Below the pieces are notes generated by a model, which was given only the letters and a program-made list of their open reading frames with translations, had not been told where the DNA came from and did no database searches. Positions 41,653-49,904 of a DNA stretch of 64,000 nt are shown here, one piece after another (the first letter of the stretch is position 1; each line of letters begins with the position of its first letter). The DNA comes from Planctomycetota bacterium (GTDB lineage: Bacteria; Planctomycetota; Phycisphaerae; Phycisphaerales; UBA1924), in the NCBI GenBank assembly GCA_039033175.1, contig JBCCDD010000007.1, positions 59,817 through 123,816 of the forward strand, in the 5' to 3' direction. Position numbers and translations under genes: made by a program.

Positions 41653-42474
41653 ATGCCGACCACCGATACCCATGCGCGGGTGCTGCGCACCGCCGCCCTC
41701 GCGCTCGCCGGCACGCTCGCGGGGCACGCGCACGCGCAGTCGCTGTTCGGCGTAACCTTCGAAGGCGAGTTGGTGCGCGTCGATGCCGCGACCGGGAACG
41801 TCGAGTCCATCGGTGACACGGGCGTCGACCGCCTTGCCGGCCTCTCACGCGCCGCCGACGGCACGCTGTACGCATACGACGCGCCAGCGCCGGGCGCCGC
41901 GGCGGCGCTCTACACCATTGACGCGGCGACCGGGGCCGCGACCACCATCGGCACGCTCGGCGTCGGCTTCGAGTTCGAGGGCGGGCTCGTTGTCGCCGAC
42001 GCGCAGACCGCGTTCGCGATCGGCGGGCGCGACACCGACGCCGGCGCGGGGCTGTTCCGCATCGATCTCGCGACCGGGGCCGCGACCGAGCTTGGCTCGC
42101 TCGGCACGCCGGACATCAACGGCCTCACGCTGCGCAGCGACGGATCGCTCGTCGCGTGGACACAACTCGGCGGACAACTCCTCGCGATCGAGCCGGACAC
42201 CGTCGCGGTGACCCCGATCGCGGTCAACTCCGCCTTCAACGGCGCGTTCGGGGGCATGGCCTCGGCGAACGGGCAGACGGCATTCGTCACCGCATCGGGC
42301 TTCGGCAGCACGGGCTCGATCTTCAGTGTCGATCTGTTCACCGGCGAGGGTGGCGGCTTCGTCTCGCTCAGCGACGGGGTCCAACTCAGCGGACTGGCGA
42401 TCCCGGCGCCGGGGGCGATCCCCCTGCTGCTCGGCGCTGCCGCGCTGGTCGCCCGCCGCCGGCGAAACGCCTAA
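41653..42474 (+). CDS. PEP-CTERM-like sorting-domain secreted protein with beta-propeller-like repeats
   Basis: Signal peptide ...ALAGTLAGHAHAQ. Repeated LxxIDxATGAAT(x)IG blocks. C-terminus IPAPGAIPLLLGAAALVARRRR. Confidence 0.7.
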   Translation: MPTTDTHARVLRTAALALAGTLAGHAHAQSLFGVTFEGELVRVDAATGNVESIGDTGVDRLAGLSRAADGTLYAYDAPAPGAAAALYTIDAATGAATTIGTLGVGFEFEGGLVVADAQTAFAIGGRDTDAGAGLFRIDLATGAATELGSLGTPDINGLTLRSDGSLVAWTQLGGQLLAIEPDTVAVTPIAVNSAFNGAFGGMASANGQTAFVTASGFGSTGSIFSVDLFTGEGGGFVSLSDGVQLSGLAIPAPGAIPLLLGAAALVARRRRNA

Positions 42475-42668
42475 CCGAAGCGTCGGTTCTCGCGATTGAC
42501 CATCGCGGGGATCAGGAACGCGTCGATGATGGTGCCGATGAAGAACAAGCCCAGCGTGAAGAACCAGATGAACGCCGTGATGTACCGCCGGCAGTAGAAC
42601 CGGTGCAGACCCGCGAAGCCGAAGAAGCTGAGGATCCAGAGCAGGTAGGCGACTTGCTTGTCTTTCAT
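42471..42668 (-). CDS. TM2-domain small membrane protein
   Basis: 65 aa. YLLWILSFFGFAGLHRFY matches the TM2-domain pattern. It has the lowest GC of any ORF in the window. Confidence 0.6.
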   Translation of the reverse strand: MKDKQVAYLLWILSFFGFAGLHRFYCRRYITAFIWFFTLGLFFIGTIIDAFLIPAMVNRENRRFG

Positions 42669-42714
42669 GGCGCAAGTTTCTTTGGAAGAACGCGGCTCGG
42701 GTTTCGCGTCCCGA

Positions 42715-43833
42715 TCAGTCCCCGAAGCACGTGTACACGCTGCGCGCCGCCTCGAGCAGCGCGTGGTTCTTGGGCACGAGGCGCTGCTTGTCGGCGGCCG
42801 CGGTGATCTCGATGTCGCTCAGCTCGCGCCCCTGCATCACCACCAGGCGGTTGCGCTTGCCGAGCTTGAGCAGGTGGGCCGCGTGGTGCCCGAACTGCGT
42901 CGCGAGGACACGGTCGGCGGCGACGGGCGTGCCGCCGCGCTGCACGTGCCCGAGCACGACGTGGCGGCTCTCGATGCCGGTCTTGTCTTCGATCTGCCCG
43001 GCGACCCACTTGGCGATGCCGCCCAGGCGGATCGGGTCGGGGCTGGTCGGGTCGACGCGATCGACGATCTGCTCGCCGCCCAAGGGCTTGGCGCCCTCCG
43101 AGCAGGCGATGATCGAGTACCGCCGACCGCGCCGGCTGCGCTCCTCGCAGAACGCGCAGACCTTATCAAGATCGAACGGGATCTCGGGCAGCAGGATGAC
43201 GTCCGAGCCCGACGCGATCCCCGCGTGCAGCGTGAGCCAGCCCGCGTTGCGCCCCATGCACTCGACCACGATCACGCGGTGGTGGCTCGCGGCCGTGGTG
43301 TGCACACGGTCGAGCGCCTCGGTCGCGACGCTGACCGCGGTGCTGAAGCCGAAGGTGATGTCGGTGCCAAACAGATCGTTGTCGATCGTCTTAGGCACGC
43401 CGATGCAGTTGATGCCGCGATCGGCGAAGGGCTTGGCACCCGACATCGTGCCGTCGCCCCCGATGACGACGAGGGCCTCGATGCCGTGGACTTCCATGTG
43501 GGTCATGCAGACATCGGTGAGGTCTTTGAACTTGGGCGTGCCGTCGTCGTTGAGGCCCACGGCGTACTTCTGCGGGTTGGCCTTGTTGGACGAGCCGAGG
43601 ATCGTGCCGCCGTCGGTCAGGATGCCCGAGACATCGTCGCGCGTCAGGGGCGTGACGCGGTCTTCGATCAGGCCCAGGAAGCCGTCGGAGATGCCGAGGA
43701 CTTCGATGCCGTGGTAGAGCGCGTCCTTGGTCACGGCGCGGATGACGGCGTTGAGCCCCGGGCAGTCGCCCCCGCCGGTCAGGATGCCGATGCGCTTGAC
43801 GCCGGAGGTGGGGACGCGATCTGAACTGGACAT
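42715..43833 (-). CDS. pfkA: 6-phosphofructokinase (ATP/PPi-dependent PFK family)
   Basis: IGILTGGGDCPGLNAVIRAV, GGDGT, MGR and other PFK signatures. Confidence 0.88.
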   Translation of the reverse strand: MSSSDRVPTSGVKRIGILTGGGDCPGLNAVIRAVTKDALYHGIEVLGISDGFLGLIEDRVTPLTRDDVSGILTDGGTILGSSNKANPQKYAVGLNDDGTPKFKDLTDVCMTHMEVHGIEALVVIGGDGTMSGAKPFADRGINCIGVPKTIDNDLFGTDITFGFSTAVSVATEALDRVHTTAASHHRVIVVECMGRNAGWLTLHAGIASGSDVILLPEIPFDLDKVCAFCEERSRRGRRYSIIACSEGAKPLGGEQIVDRVDPTSPDPIRLGGIAKWVAGQIEDKTGIESRHVVLGHVQRGGTPVAADRVLATQFGHHAAHLLKLGKRNRLVVMQGRELSDIEITAAADKQRLVPKNHALLEAARSVYTCFGD

Positions 43834-43935
43834 GCTGGCTCCGGCAGGACAGGCGGGCGATGGCGCACAACAGCGCGCGTCACCAGCCTATCGGGCGTCG
43901 GCCGATGTTGCGTGAGTCGATCCATGGATGCGTGT

Positions 43936-45330
43936 TCAGCCTTCATCGGCGCGGATGAGCAGGCCGCGAACCTCCGCGTCGCGCACGATCAGGCGGAACC
44001 GATCGCCCGGCCCACCAAATGGTTGTTGTTCGTGCCGACGCGCGACAACGCGCAGGACGCGCCAGTCAGGTTCGCTCGGATGGTCTTCGACCCGGACGCA
44101 GAAGGCGTCCGGCGGCAGGTCCGCGGCATCGAATCGGAACTCGATGCGCGGGTCGAGGCCCCGCGCGCGGTACTCGATCAGCACGACCAAAGCGTCCGCG
44201 GCGAGCGACGCCGGGTGCAGCACACCTGCCAGATCGATCGATCCGTCTTCGGCGTAGATCTGGTCGCCGACCGCCAGCCACCGGAACGAGCCGGGAGTGT
44301 CGAGCCCGAAGGCCGCGCGAACGACGTCCAATTCTCCCGCGTGGCCCTTGTCGAGTTCGTGCCTGACGTCGTCGCTGGCGAACCCGACGATGCGCGAGCC
44401 GATGTATCCGCGCGCGGGGCGGAAGACGTGACCGAGTCGCCCGGTGTCGCCGTCGCGCGCGGTGCCGCGTCCGCGTCGCCCGCCGTCTGCCGGGATCGCG
44501 AACCCGCCGGGCATCCAGGCGTGAGCGGCGCGTTGGTTGCCGCCGGGTCCACCGTCACCGCCGACGCCGATCGGGATGAGCTGTTTGGCGAGCAGCGTGT
44601 AGCCGAAGGCACGCCCACCGTCGCCGCCAGCGCCGGGTTCGGAGCCTGTAGCGGGCCCGACGTTGCCACCCGAGCCGCCGGCGCCACCGACTGCGGCGGC
44701 GTCACCCCCGTCCCCGCCGTTCCCGCCGCGTGCTTCGGCGTTGCCGAACGGGTGCCCGCCTTGACCACCGTCGCCGCCGGCACCCGCCCAACCGGTGCCG
44801 TTGAGTGTGCCCCCGCGTCCGCCGTCACCCCCGTCGCCGTCGGAGTGGCCGCCGCGACCGCCGCGCCCGGCGAAGACCGTGTCGCCGTCGGTTGGGCTGA
44901 CCGCGGCGCCACCGTTGCCCCCATCGCCGCCGCGCGTGCGCCCCCAGCCGCCGTCTCCGCCGTCTCCGGCGTGCCCGGCGCCGTGGTCCGGGCGATCGCC
45001 GCCGTGGCCCCCGTCGCCGCCGGTCCCGCCGTCGGACCCACTGCGACCACCCGTGCCGCCGTGTCCACCGCGTGCCGCATCGCCGCCATCACCTCCGTCA
45101 CCATCGCTCCACCCGTCGCCCCCGGGCCCGCCGTTCGGCGCGTACGGGTTGCTCGGGTGGCCGCCGGGGTAGCCGTCGTATCCGTTGGGATGATCGGGTG
45201 TGCCGGGCTGACCGAATGGGTAGTCCGCGGGATAGGCGCAGGCGAGGCCCGCCCCCATGCCGACTGCGATGCAGGCCGCCGATGCCGCGATGAGGAACCG
45301 GTGCGCGAGACGCGAGAGATGCACAGCCAT
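43936..45330 (-). CDS. Secreted glycine-rich repeat protein (GGxGG/DGG repeats) with a C-terminal globular domain of about 200 aa
   Basis: Signal peptide MAVHLSRLAHRFLIAASAACIAVGMGAGLA. About 250 aa of GDGGxGGxGG-type repeats, then a non-repetitive C-terminus. Start is the ATG at 45330; the upstream extension is noncoding (13-nt repeats). Confidence 0.6.
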   Translation of the reverse strand: MAVHLSRLAHRFLIAASAACIAVGMGAGLACAYPADYPFGQPGTPDHPNGYDGYPGGHPSNPYAPNGGPGGDGWSDGDGGDGGDAARGGHGGTGGRSGSDGGTGGDGGHGGDRPDHGAGHAGDGGDGGWGRTRGGDGGNGGAAVSPTDGDTVFAGRGGRGGHSDGDGGDGGRGGTLNGTGWAGAGGDGGQGGHPFGNAEARGGNGGDGGDAAAVGGAGGSGGNVGPATGSEPGAGGDGGRAFGYTLLAKQLIPIGVGGDGGPGGNQRAAHAWMPGGFAIPADGGRRGRGTARDGDTGRLGHVFRPARGYIGSRIVGFASDDVRHELDKGHAGELDVVRAAFGLDTPGSFRWLAVGDQIYAEDGSIDLAGVLHPASLAADALVVLIEYRARGLDPRIEFRFDAADLPPDAFCVRVEDHPSEPDWRVLRVVARRHEQQPFGGPGDRFRLIVRDAEVRGLLIRADEG

Positions 45331-45344
45331 GCTCCCTTCAAGGT

Positions 45345-45409
45345 CGACTCGGCCGGACGACTCGGCCGGACGACTCGGCGGAGCGACTCGGCGGGGCGAC
45401 TCGGCCTCG
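45345..45409. repeat. Five tandem 13-nt repeats cgactcggccgga in the leader/promoter of the Gly-rich protein gene
   Basis: cgactcggccgga x2, cgactcggcggag, cgactcggcgggg, cgactcggcctcg. The period is not a multiple of 3 and the array lies upstream of the ATG, so it is noncoding. Confidence 0.7.
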
Positions 45410-45453
45410 CGGGGTGCGCGACCCCGGGCCGACGTGTGCGTGCTCTGTGGCAA

Positions 45454-45471
45454 TCGGATCTTTTGATCCGA
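45454..45471. promoter_or_regulatory. Hairpin or operator TCGGATC-tttt-GATCCGA within the most AT-rich stretch of the window (the divergent Gly-rich / EF-hand promoter region)
   Basis: Perfect 7-bp inverted repeat, followed by ccgatcgg and repeated tcgatt motifs. Confidence 0.4.
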
Positions 45472-45742
45472 ATCAACTTTTCCGATCGGCCTTTGGTCGA
45501 TTCTTGCTCGATTGCACGCCTTCTGACCCGTTTGGGGCACCTCCGCCTGTGCGGGCTGGGCGATCGCGGGCGGCGGCGCGGGCGGGGTTCGCCCTGTTTG
45601 CCGCCGGTCACGCGGGCGGCGCGATCGGGGCGGGTGGATCGGGCCGACGCCTGAATCAGGAGCCCTCGGTCCGGGGGCCAGTCGAGCACCCGCGCGGGCG
45701 CCGGGCAACCCCCGCCGATCCGCGCCAGCCGGAGGCATCCAC

Positions 45743-46375
45743 ATGCCCAGCAACACGCCCAGCACCAAGGTTTCCGTCGCGTTCGGTGTCGCCCTCGCCC
45801 TCGGCCTCGCCGCCGGGTCCGCCGCCGCCGGCCCCGTCCGCGGCAAGCCCAGCGTCAACCACGGGCACCACAACACCAACGTCAACAGCTCGTTCAGCCA
45901 CAACAGCAGCGGCTTCAGCGAGACCAGCCCCACCCGCAGCGTGCCCCAGGCGACCGACCTCCGCCCACTCAGCGGGCAAGAGCTCAGGGCCCGCTTCGAC
46001 CGCAACGCGAACAACACGCTCGACGCCTCGGAGCGCACCCTCGCCGAGGCGTTCCTCGACCAGCGTCGGCGCCAGTTCGAGGCCCGCCTGATGCAGCGTT
46101 TCGACCGCAACCGCGACGGCGCCCTGAGCCCCGCCGAGCGTCTTGACGCCAAGGCCGCGCTCCGCGTCGATCAGCTCAACAACCACAACGCGCTCGTGAG
46201 CGCCTTCGACGCCAACAACGACGGCATCCTCGACCTCGCCGAGCAGGCGACCGCCAAGGCCAACGACCCGCAGCGGTTCTTCGACGTCCGCTTCTACTCG
46301 GGTGCGCCCAAGATCTTTGCCGCGATCCAGAACGACGGCTTCGGCCCCGCGCACGCCGGCGTCTACACCGACTGA
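45743..46375 (+). CDS. Secreted EF-hand calcium-binding protein
   Basis: Signal peptide VAFGVALALGLAAGSAAAG. Three EF-hand loops: DRNANNTLDASE, DRNRDGALSPAE, DANNDGILDLAE. Confidence 0.7.
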   Translation: MPSNTPSTKVSVAFGVALALGLAAGSAAAGPVRGKPSVNHGHHNTNVNSSFSHNSSGFSETSPTRSVPQATDLRPLSGQELRARFDRNANNTLDASERTLAEAFLDQRRRQFEARLMQRFDRNRDGALSPAERLDAKAALRVDQLNNHNALVSAFDANNDGILDLAEQATAKANDPQRFFDVRFYSGAPKIFAAIQNDGFGPAHAGVYTD

Positions 46376-46543
46376 CCCCCCGGACTGATCACCCCGGACC
46401 ACAGGCCCGACCGCGGGCAAACGACTGCAACGGGGGCCCGAGCCGACGCCCGGGCACCCCGATTTTGCGATTCTCCGCTCGCAATCACCCCAGAACACCG
46501 CGCGTCACGCACCAAGACCCGCCCCCACCCGTACCATCGCCCG

Positions 46544-47578
46544 ATGGCACAGGGCCCACAGGTGCGTGATCCGAACTGGCCCGCGGTCACCGCGGATGTC
46601 GGCGAACGCCCCGAGATCGACCCCCAGCTCTACCTCCACCCGCGCACGCTCGCGCGGCTCGCCAGATTCGAGCTGCGGGCCAAGATGATCGTCGAGGGCG
46701 TGCGGGCCGGGCAGCACCGCTCGCCCTACACCGGGGTCTCGGTCGAGTTCGCCCAGCACCGCCCCTACGTCGCCGGCGACGACATCCGCCACCTCGACTG
46801 GAAGGTCTACGCCCGGTCCGACCACCTGCTCGTCAAGCAGCACCGCCAGGAGACCAACCTCGACCTGGTCGTGCTCGTCGATTCCTCGGGCTCGATGGGC
46901 TTCGGCAGCCGCCCGTTCAGCGAGGCGTCTGGCACGGGCGACAAGCAGAGCCCGCGCGGGCGGCTCCAGTGGACCAAGTTCGACCACGCGACCGCGATCG
47001 CCGCCGGGCTGGCGTCGATCGTGCTCACCCAGGGCGACCGCGTGGGCATGGTGGTCTTCGCCGACGAGATCCGCTCGATCGTCAACCGCTCGAGCAACCG
47101 CCAGACCTGGCGTCAGATCGTTGATGTGCTCAGCCTGCACCCGGTCGACAACCCGACCGACCTGGGACGCGTGCTCGACCAATCGCTGGGCAAGGTCTCC
47201 AACCGCTGCCTGTTCGTGGTCATCAGCGATTTCTTCGACGACATCGAATCGACGCGCTCGGCCCTGGCGCGCCTCAAGCACCGCGGGCACGACGCGATCT
47301 GCTTCCAGGTGCTCGACAAGGCGGAGGAGACGCTCGCGTTCGACGAGCCGGCGCCCTTCGAGGGCCTCGAGGGCGAGCCCGGCGTGCGCGTCGACCCGCG
47401 CGCCATCCGCGCCGCGTACACCGAAGCGCTGGAGGGCCACATCAAGGAACTCCAGCGCGTCTGCCGATCGCTGGGCTTCGACCACCAACGCGTGAGCACG
47501 CAGCAGTGGCTCGGGCCGACGCTCTCGGCCTTCGTCGCCCGGCGCAACGCGCTGATGAAGCGGACCAAGCACGGATGA
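46544..47578 (+). CDS. DUF58 domain protein (MoxR-associated, vWA-like fold)
   Basis: HRSPYTGVSVEFAQHRPYVAGDDIRHLDWKVYARSD and LVVLVDSSGSMGFG are DUF58 signatures. Confidence 0.8.
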   Translation: MAQGPQVRDPNWPAVTADVGERPEIDPQLYLHPRTLARLARFELRAKMIVEGVRAGQHRSPYTGVSVEFAQHRPYVAGDDIRHLDWKVYARSDHLLVKQHRQETNLDLVVLVDSSGSMGFGSRPFSEASGTGDKQSPRGRLQWTKFDHATAIAAGLASIVLTQGDRVGMVVFADEIRSIVNRSSNRQTWRQIVDVLSLHPVDNPTDLGRVLDQSLGKVSNRCLFVVISDFFDDIESTRSALARLKHRGHDAICFQVLDKAEETLAFDEPAPFEGLEGEPGVRVDPRAIRAAYTEALEGHIKELQRVCRSLGFDHQRVSTQQWLGPTLSAFVARRNALMKRTKHG

Positions 47579-47642
47579 CGCCGACCCGACCGAGCCACCG
47601 GGCGGACACTGCCGCGGGCGACCCCGCCGGTGCGCGCGCGGC

Positions 47643-49904
47643 GTGAGCGTGCTGCACCCCATCCTGCTCGCCGCCGGGCTCGCGTGCGTCGCGATCCCCA
47701 TCCTGATCCATCTGTTCATGCGTCGGCGGCGCAAGCCCGTGCAGTTCGGCGCGATGCGCTTCCTGCTCGAGGCCTACCGGCGCAAACGCCGACGCCTCGC
47801 GATGGAGCAGTGGCTGCTGCTCCTGCTCCGCTGCCTGCTCATCGCCTGCCTCGCCACCGCGATCGCCCGCCTCGGGCTGGGCGACCCGGCCCGCGGGGGC
47901 GCCGGCGGGCGCACCATCGTGCTCGCGATCGACGACTCGCTCACCAGCGCCGCCTCGACGCCGGGCGACCAGGCCGAGCTCGCCCGTCACCTGGAACTCG
48001 CGGCCTCAGCGCTCGACGCGCTCGATGCCGCCGCGGGCGACCGGGCCGCGGTCGTCTCGCTCTCGCGCCCGCCCCGCGTGCTGGTGAGCCCGACGGGCGA
48101 CCTCGCGGGCGTGCGCCGTGCGCTCGCGGGCATCACCCCCACGGACGCGCGCGCGGACCTGCGCGGGGGGCTCGAGGCGGCGCTCGCGCTGATCCCGCCG
48201 GACGCCGCGCCGCGATCGAGCGTGCTCATCGCGTCCTCCTTTCGAGAGGGTTCGCTCGCCGCCGCGGGCGACTCGCCTTCGGGCGCGGGCGAGACCGCGA
48301 GCGACGGCGTTCCACGCGCCGAAGCCGAAGCGGACATCGGGAGCGAGGCGAACGGCGTGCGGATCGTCGCGCTCTCGCCAGCGCCAGCGCCCGCGCCCAA
48401 CGTCTCCATCGAATCGCTCGTGCCCGGGCGCACGCTGCTGACCACGGGTGACGCGGGCGCCCCCAGCGGCGCCGGCGCGTTGCCGCCGCGGGTCACCCTC
48501 GTGCGCACGGGCGACGCCGGAGACGAGCGCATCGGCATCGAACTGCTCGGCGTCGACGACGAAGTGCTCGGGCGGGGCGAGGCGGTCTTTGCGCCCGGCG
48601 AGCGGCGCACCGAAGCGCTCGTGCAGCTCGACGACCCGCCCGAGGACGCCCCGGGCGGATCCGCCCTGCGCGCGCGCATCCGCGTGGGCGACGCGATCGA
48701 GCGCGACTCGATCGCGGCAACGGTGCTGCGTACGCGCGCGTCGATCCGCGTTGCGCTGCTGGGCGGCGCGCCGCCGAGCGAGCGCACGGCGGGCGGTATC
48801 GAGCCCGACCGATGGATCGAGATCGCGCTCTCGCCCGGCGGCGTGCAGCAGGACCTGGCGATCGAACGCTTCGACGCGTCGCTCACAACCCCTGCGGCGC
48901 TCGTCGGCATCGACGCCGTCGTGGTGACCGAGCCCGCGCGCCTCACCGCTTCCGGCTGGGCGGCGCTGGGCGATCGGGCCCGCGCCGGCGCGTTCACGCT
49001 CGTGACCGCGTCGCCCGGCGAGGGTGTGCAGCCCTGGACCGGTGCCTTCGCCCGTGCCTTCGATCTCGCGTGGAGCCCGGGGCCCGAGGCGCTCGAAGCG
49101 CCGGCGCCGCTCGGCATCGCACGGGGCGAAGCGCTTGACCTGCTCGCGGCGATCGCGCAGGACCTGCCCGACCTGCTCGCCCCGGCCGACGTCTCGCGCT
49201 GGCTGCCCGTGCGCACGCTCGAGACCGGCGCTTCGCCCCGGGTGCTGCTCGCCCTGGAGAACAACGACCCGTGGCTCGTGAGCGACCGCGCGGGCGCCGC
49301 GACAGGCGCCGCGGCAGAAGGTGGCGCCGGGCTCGTGTGCGTGCTGCTGAGTGCACCCGACCTGTCCTGGACGAGCGCACCCGCCAAGCCGCTCTGGGTC
49401 CCGCTGATCCAGGAACTGATCCGCGAGGGCGCCGGATCGGGCAACGCGCCGCGAACCGCGGTCGCCGGCGAGCGCGTGCGCCTGCCCCGCGGCAGCGCCC
49501 GCCTTGTCGACACGCGCACGGGCAGCCCGATCGAGACCGGGACCGAAGGCCTGACGCGCGAGCCGATTCGGCGCGCCGCGCGCCTCGCGGCCCTCGACCC
49601 GAACGGGCGGACGGTCTCGCTCCTGGTCATCGCTCCAGACCCGACCGCGAGCAACACGACGCCCGGCACGCGAGACGCCGTGGCATCGAGGCTCTCGAGG
49701 CCCGGCGACACGATCGCGTGGTTTGAGGCGGGCGATCGCACCAACAACGGCGCTCGCGGCGCATCGCTGGCGTCGGCCCTCCGCAGCGACGACACGAGCG
49801 ATGTCGCGACGTGGCTGCTGCTGGTCGCGGGCCTGCTCGCGGTGATCGAGATCGCGCTGGCACGGGTCGCAAGCCACGCGTCGCGGTCGGAGGTGTCGCC
49901 TTGA
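47643..49904 (+). CDS. BatA-N-type (N-terminal double-TM, TIGR02226-like) large membrane protein
   Basis: MSVLHPILLAAGLACVAIPILIHLFMRRRRKP ... LLLLLRCLLIACLATAIA, then about 650 aa of Ala/Gly/Pro-rich sequence and a C-terminal TM WLLLVAGLLAVIEIAL. Confidence 0.65.
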   Translation: MSVLHPILLAAGLACVAIPILIHLFMRRRRKPVQFGAMRFLLEAYRRKRRRLAMEQWLLLLLRCLLIACLATAIARLGLGDPARGGAGGRTIVLAIDDSLTSAASTPGDQAELARHLELAASALDALDAAAGDRAAVVSLSRPPRVLVSPTGDLAGVRRALAGITPTDARADLRGGLEAALALIPPDAAPRSSVLIASSFREGSLAAAGDSPSGAGETASDGVPRAEAEADIGSEANGVRIVALSPAPAPAPNVSIESLVPGRTLLTTGDAGAPSGAGALPPRVTLVRTGDAGDERIGIELLGVDDEVLGRGEAVFAPGERRTEALVQLDDPPEDAPGGSALRARIRVGDAIERDSIAATVLRTRASIRVALLGGAPPSERTAGGIEPDRWIEIALSPGGVQQDLAIERFDASLTTPAALVGIDAVVVTEPARLTASGWAALGDRARAGAFTLVTASPGEGVQPWTGAFARAFDLAWSPGPEALEAPAPLGIARGEALDLLAAIAQDLPDLLAPADVSRWLPVRTLETGASPRVLLALENNDPWLVSDRAGAATGAAAEGGAGLVCVLLSAPDLSWTSAPAKPLWVPLIQELIREGAGSGNAPRTAVAGERVRLPRGSARLVDTRTGSPIETGTEGLTREPIRRAARLAALDPNGRTVSLLVIAPDPTASNTTPGTRDAVASRLSRPGDTIAWFEAGDRTNNGARGASLASALRSDDTSDVATWLLLVAGLLAVIEIALARVASHASRSEVSP

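Noticed and set aside
41276-41653. Possible tRNA or small RNA in the 377-nt dnaB / PEP-CTERM intergenic region. It contains a GATCGAATCC T-loop-like string and an imperfect hairpin TCTGCGTTG...CAACACGCAGA.
   Set aside because: No cloverleaf can be built around the T-loop-like string (the flanking stems do not pair). There is no acceptor/CCA context. The hairpins are noted as possible regulatory structure only.
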